Below are positions 60,216 to 64,000 of a stretch of DNA of 64,000 bases, piece by piece; position 1 is the first letter of the stretch; each line of letters begins with the position of its first letter. The DNA comes from an uncultured Poribacteria bacterium (lineage in GTDB: Bacteria; Poribacteria; WGA-4E; WGA-3G), in the NCBI GenBank assembly GCA_958296135.2, contig CATQHZ020000001.1, positions 2,720,001 through 2,784,000 of the forward strand, given 5' to 3'. Under the pieces are notes generated by a model. It was given only the letters and a program-made list of their open reading frames with translations, searched no databases and was not told the DNA's origin. Made by a program: the position numbers and the translations under genes.

Positions 60216-61451
60216 GTGGAATTGAAAATCAGCGAGCTGATAAGTAAATACCGGCATAAAGGCAGAAGTCAAGAGAAACACCTCGTTGAACGGCAGCTGA
60301 ACGCTTATCACTTGGCGCGCGCCGTCTTGCATGCACCCGAAAGCCGACCGATCGAACTCGTCACACAACTCAAAAAGGACATGGGCGTGAGTCGTCTCCC
60401 CTTTCGCGTTGTCGACGAATTAGACCGGTATCGCCTCGGGCCCAGAAAACGCGTCACCTGGGCAGAACAGATTACCGAAATCGGGCAATGCCTCTGCGAA
60501 TTCGCAACCGGCGACCCGGCAGACTGCGACCATCAGGCGTTGTATGAGCAGGCGAAACGCTACCTCGCCGCCCCATCGATAGAGGAATACACGCACCTCG
60601 CACCGCACGACGCACGGCCGATAGAACCGAAGGCGATTCTCTACGCTTTTTATGCCGAACTGCCAGAGACAGTGAGCTACAAAGCCATCCTTCACGATAC
60701 CGCTCGGCTGGCGAATTTTAAGCAGACGAAAACCCTCTTGGATGAACTCGTTGAACTCATCGCGCGAGAGAGAGGGCTCCGTCCCAAGAAGTCTGCACAC
60801 GAACGCGCCCTCGGCGGCATCGCCGAAACGCGGGGGCTCCTTGAATCTTTGACGCACCGAAGCACCGCGCCCATCACTTCTTCTCCGATGCCTGAGGACG
60901 ACATCCCCTTTGAGCTCATTGAGGATGAGAATGTCATGGCGGAAGAAGAGGCACTCCACGAAAACGCAGACCTGCGCGCCTCCGCGGAAATCGCGCGGCA
61001 GGAACTTGAAGTTGTCAAAGAAGAACTTGAGCAAGTCAGGGAAGAAGCGGGGCAGGAAGCCGCCCTCGCCTTCTTCCAAGAGATGAATTCCGGGAAACAC
61101 AGCAACTTGCTGGACCAGTTTCTCAAGGCGGAAGAGCTCGTCAAGGGTTTAAAGAAAAATGGGATAGAGATTCCGCAGGAAATTGAACTCATCCCCATTA
61201 TCATCCGCATGTTTAACCGCTTCCTCAAAACCCAAGGCATCCGCCCCCAAGCAGTTGTCGGGGAAAAGAAGGAGATTACCCTCAACGAATCTGATGAATA
61301 CGAATACATCGGTTCGGAATGGAAAGATCCGGAGGAAACGAAGACAGTGGAAGTCATCTCCGCCGGATGGCTCTACAAAGGCACGCTCACAGGCGATGAG
61401 AGTGAGCCTATCGTCATTAACAAACCGAAAGTTCAGGAGGTAACCTCATGA
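60216..61451 (+). CDS. Protein with an unknown N-terminal domain and a GrpE-like C-terminal region
   Basis: Coiled coil, LLDQF helix, then GIRP...VGE...VEVISAGW.Y.....I.KPKV; ATGA overlap with the Hsp70 gene. Confidence 0.6.
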   Translation: MELKISELISKYRHKGRSQEKHLVERQLNAYHLARAVLHAPESRPIELVTQLKKDMGVSRLPFRVVDELDRYRLGPRKRVTWAEQITEIGQCLCEFATGDPADCDHQALYEQAKRYLAAPSIEEYTHLAPHDARPIEPKAILYAFYAELPETVSYKAILHDTARLANFKQTKTLLDELVELIARERGLRPKKSAHERALGGIAETRGLLESLTHRSTAPITSSPMPEDDIPFELIEDENVMAEEEALHENADLRASAEIARQELEVVKEELEQVREEAGQEAALAFFQEMNSGKHSNLLDQFLKAEELVKGLKKNGIEIPQEIELIPIIIRMFNRFLKTQGIRPQAVVGEKKEITLNESDEYEYIGSEWKDPEETKTVEVISAGWLYKGTLTGDESEPIVINKPKVQEVTS

Positions 61452-64000
61452 AATATTGGGTCATCGCGCCAATGGAATCCACCATCCCTGAAGAATTGTT
61501 CCAGAACGCTTGGCAACACGACAAACAACATGGAACAATCGCCGTAGGCTGGCCCGTCCATACGCAGCACGGAACACCCATCTCGCCTGCAGGAGTCCCT
61601 CCTGCAGTCCGAGGGCAGGTGTCCCCTACCGACCAGCTGGCGACTCTATCTGGGTACGGAACCTTTGAAGATTTCCAAGACTACTTCAAGAATTTTAACC
61701 AAGAATGTCAACTTGACTGGGGCCCCCGGGCAGCAAAAATCGTGTGGGAATTCCATCGCGAAATTCAGATAGGGGACAAGGTCATCGCACGGCTCGGGTT
61801 AAGCAAGATTCTGGGCATCGGCACCGTTACCAAAACCGCCTACTACGATTGGCCGCAAGCGATAACTCGCCTGGGAACCTCCACCCCCATTCCCGAGGTG
61901 GACTATTCCCACGTTCGGCCGCGGTTCATCGAAGTCAACTGGGAACACACCGGAGAATTTCCAGCCAAATTGGCATGGAGACGCAGTGTTCAGGAAATCA
62001 CCAGCCAGCAATTTCACGAGGTGCTGGCTGGGTTGAACCTCGAAGCAGTTCCTATAGATTCAGAGCCCCCGAGCCGAACTGAAGCACCGGACCTCGCATC
62101 CCAAGCCTATCCGGAATCCACGCCGGAGACGGTTCAGCCGCACCCGCCTGTAACAGAGGAAGCAGAGCCAACACGAAGGGCTTCGGCACCCATTGAACAT
62201 GAAACCGGCAGAGATGGGAGTCAGCCGCAATCGGCACCTCAGCGGAGCACAACAGAGCCAGAGGATACGACAACGTCAAGGATGCAGTCACCTCCCTTTG
62301 GCCGTTCAACAGGGCTGAAGGCGATTCTACCGCACGAGGTGGACAGACAGCACAAACCTTCCGTTCGTGCCGCAATCCCTGCGCCGGATGCTCCAACCGA
62401 ACCCGCGCACCCGAACTATTACATCGGCATCGATTTAGGCACGACGAACTCTGTCATGGGATGGGGCACGCTCAATCCACAGACGAACAAGTTAGAACCC
62501 AAAGTCGTGGAAATTAACATGATGATTGAGCGGGGCGGTATGGGGAAAAAGGAGTTGTTACCGTCGTGCGTCTATTTCAAAGAAGGAAGCCCACCGATTA
62601 TCGGGGAATACGCGAAGACGATGATAGGACGGCAGACAAGCCGGGTAGTGAAATCTGTTAAGAGCGACATAGGTACACCGAAGCAGTATGAGTTCGATAA
62701 CACCACTTATAGCGCAGCGGAAATCTCATCGCAGATTCTCAAGCACCTCGTCGCCAGTGCAAAGACCTTGTTCGGATTCATGCCCGATGATGTCGTCATC
62801 ACCGTGCCTGCCTCCTTTGATTCGGATATGCGGGCAGCCACGATTGAAGCCGCGCGCCTCGCCGGATTCCGCACACACGAAGACGATGGAAGTCCACGGA
62901 ACATTTTGCTCGATGAACCGCGCGCCGCACTCTACGATTTCATCAATAGACAGGACAAAGGGGAAATCCCTGAAACGCTCATCAACTTCCACACGCCGAA
63001 ACTAGTCCTCGTCTTTGACCTAGGCGGCGGCACCTTAGATGTCTCTTTACACAGAGTCTCTTATGAGGACCACGAATTCCGTCTGAACATCGAAGATTTG
63101 GCCGTCTCGCGGTATACGCAAATCGGTGGAGATGATTTCGACCAGAAACTTGCCGACCATTTCTTCGCAGCCTACGCGAATAGGCTCCCCAATAACCTTA
63201 ATGATTTCCAGATGAATCTGATTAAGAGTGACTTCCTGGAATTCGCAGAACAAGCCAAGATTGATCTGAGCAGCGAGATTGAAACGAGCAAATTAATGCG
63301 GTATTTTGACCCGGATACAGTTGAAACGACGATTATCCAAACGCCGTGGGAAAATCTCGTGTTTCAATACGATTTGACGCTAACCGAATATGAAGACATC
63401 ATTGAGCCGCTCCTCGCGAATCAACTCACGCTGGAATCGGTCGCGCAACTTGACACACTGCCCGCCTGTGATAACATCATCTACCCTATCCTTGATGTGT
63501 TACGAAAAGGGGAACGCAAACTCGGGACGATGCCGCAGGTCGATGCCGTGCTCCTCAACGGCGGCATGACGAAACTCCACACTATCCAAAAACGGTTGGA
63601 GACGTTCTTCGGTTTCCCACCGATTACTGCTGGCGATGCCGACAAAGCTGTCGCACGCGGCGCAGTGGTGTATCACTACGACTTGCACAGAGGGATTAAA
63701 CCGGCACGCATCCTCAACGATACTATCGGCATTGAAATCGCTGGTGGTAGAGTCAAACCGCTTGTGGAAGCAGGAACGATTCTGCCGTTGTCGGCACCGC
63801 AATCGATTGAGGGACTGCAGGTAAGCGACGGCGCGCCCTCCTTGCGGCTGCCGTTTTACCTCGGCAGCCGCAAGGATACCAAACCACCGAATCGACGCAT
63901 CCTTGAACGGAACGTGCGATTTAGGCGGCCGCTCCTCAAAAATGAACCCATCTACATACAAGTGCAGGTGGACGAGCGCGGCATTATGAACGTCGAAGGG
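61448..64000 (+). CDS. McrB-N/EVE-like domain + Pro-rich linker + divergent Hsp70 (runs off the window)
   Basis: Manual translation is open for 851 codons: MKYWVIAP...AVGW...WEFHREIQIGDKVIA...GIGTV...VNW; from 62417 IGIDLGTTNS, VITVPASF, DEPRAA, FDLGGGTLDVS, GGDDFD, LNGGMTK, AVARGA. Confidence 0.88.
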   Translation, partial: MKYWVIAPMESTIPEELFQNAWQHDKQHGTIAVGWPVHTQHGTPISPAGVPPAVRGQVSPTDQLATLSGYGTFEDFQDYFKNFNQECQLDWGPRAAKIVWEFHREIQIGDKVIARLGLSKILGIGTVTKTAYYDWPQAITRLGTSTPIPEVDYSHVRPRFIEVNWEHTGEFPAKLAWRRSVQEITSQQFHEVLAGLNLEAVPIDSEPPSRTEAPDLASQAYPESTPETVQPHPPVTEEAEPTRRASAPIEHETGRDGSQPQSAPQRSTTEPEDTTTSRMQSPPFGRSTGLKAILPHEVDRQHKPSVRAAIPAPDAPTEPAHPNYYIGIDLGTTNSVMGWGTLNPQTNKLEPKVVEINMMIERGGMGKKELLPSCVYFKEGSPPIIGEYAKTMIGRQTSRVVKSVKSDIGTPKQYEFDNTTYSAAEISSQILKHLVASAKTLFGFMPDDVVITVPASFDSDMRAATIEAARLAGFRTHEDDGSPRNILLDEPRAALYDFINRQDKGEIPETLINFHTPKLVLVFDLGGGTLDVSLHRVSYEDHEFRLNIEDLAVSRYTQIGGDDFDQKLADHFFAAYANRLPNNLNDFQMNLIKSDFLEFAEQAKIDLSSEIETSKLMRYFDPDTVETTIIQTPWENLVFQYDLTLTEYEDIIEPLLANQLTLESVAQLDTLPACDNIIYPILDVLRKGERKLGTMPQVDAVLLNGGMTKLHTIQKRLETFFGFPPITAGDADKAVARGAVVYHYDLHRGIKPARILNDTIGIEIAGGRVKPLVEAGTILPLSAPQSIEGLQVSDGAPSLRLPFYLGSRKDTKPPNRRILERNVRFRRPLLKNEPIYIQVQVDERGIMNVEG

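Noticed and set aside
61448-64000. Calling this gene housekeeping dnaK
   Set aside because: Long N-terminal extension, divergent motifs and linker, and no dnaJ/hrcA visible.
1-64000. Numerous short antisense/overlapping ORFs; tRNA, rRNA and riboswitches
   Set aside because: The short ORFs shadow well-supported genes and lack motifs. No RNA gene signature was recognisable by eye; an Infernal/Rfam scan would be decisive.

Overview
This 64-kb bacterial window has about 60 protein genes and no rRNA, tRNA or CRISPR array that I could recognise. The gene mix (PhyH dioxygenases, sulfatase, FGE domain, Uma2, TPR proteins, a large DUF6785-like membrane protein) resembles Candidatus Poribacteria; that assignment is inference only. 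Housekeeping genes (glnD, trmB, uvrC, pfk, purQ, purL) alternate with defence-like accessory genes. These include a nuclease-STAND (Avs-like) protein, a HEPN-S1 fusion, a UvrD helicase with an inserted GIY-YIG domain, an AAA ATPase/RelE locus, an Rpn-like gene with an internal start, and a type IIG-like R-M gene split at a G9 tract. The best candidate for an undescribed system is the operon at the right end: a beta-CASP nuclease, a GrpE-like protein, and an Hsp70 fused to an N-terminal McrB-N/EVE-like domain. That last ORF is missing from the supplied track and runs off the window. The second main signal is several families of GTAG-type REP palindromes that lie between genes, insert in-frame inside genes, and supply stop codons. 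All family assignments come from motif recognition by eye, not database searches.
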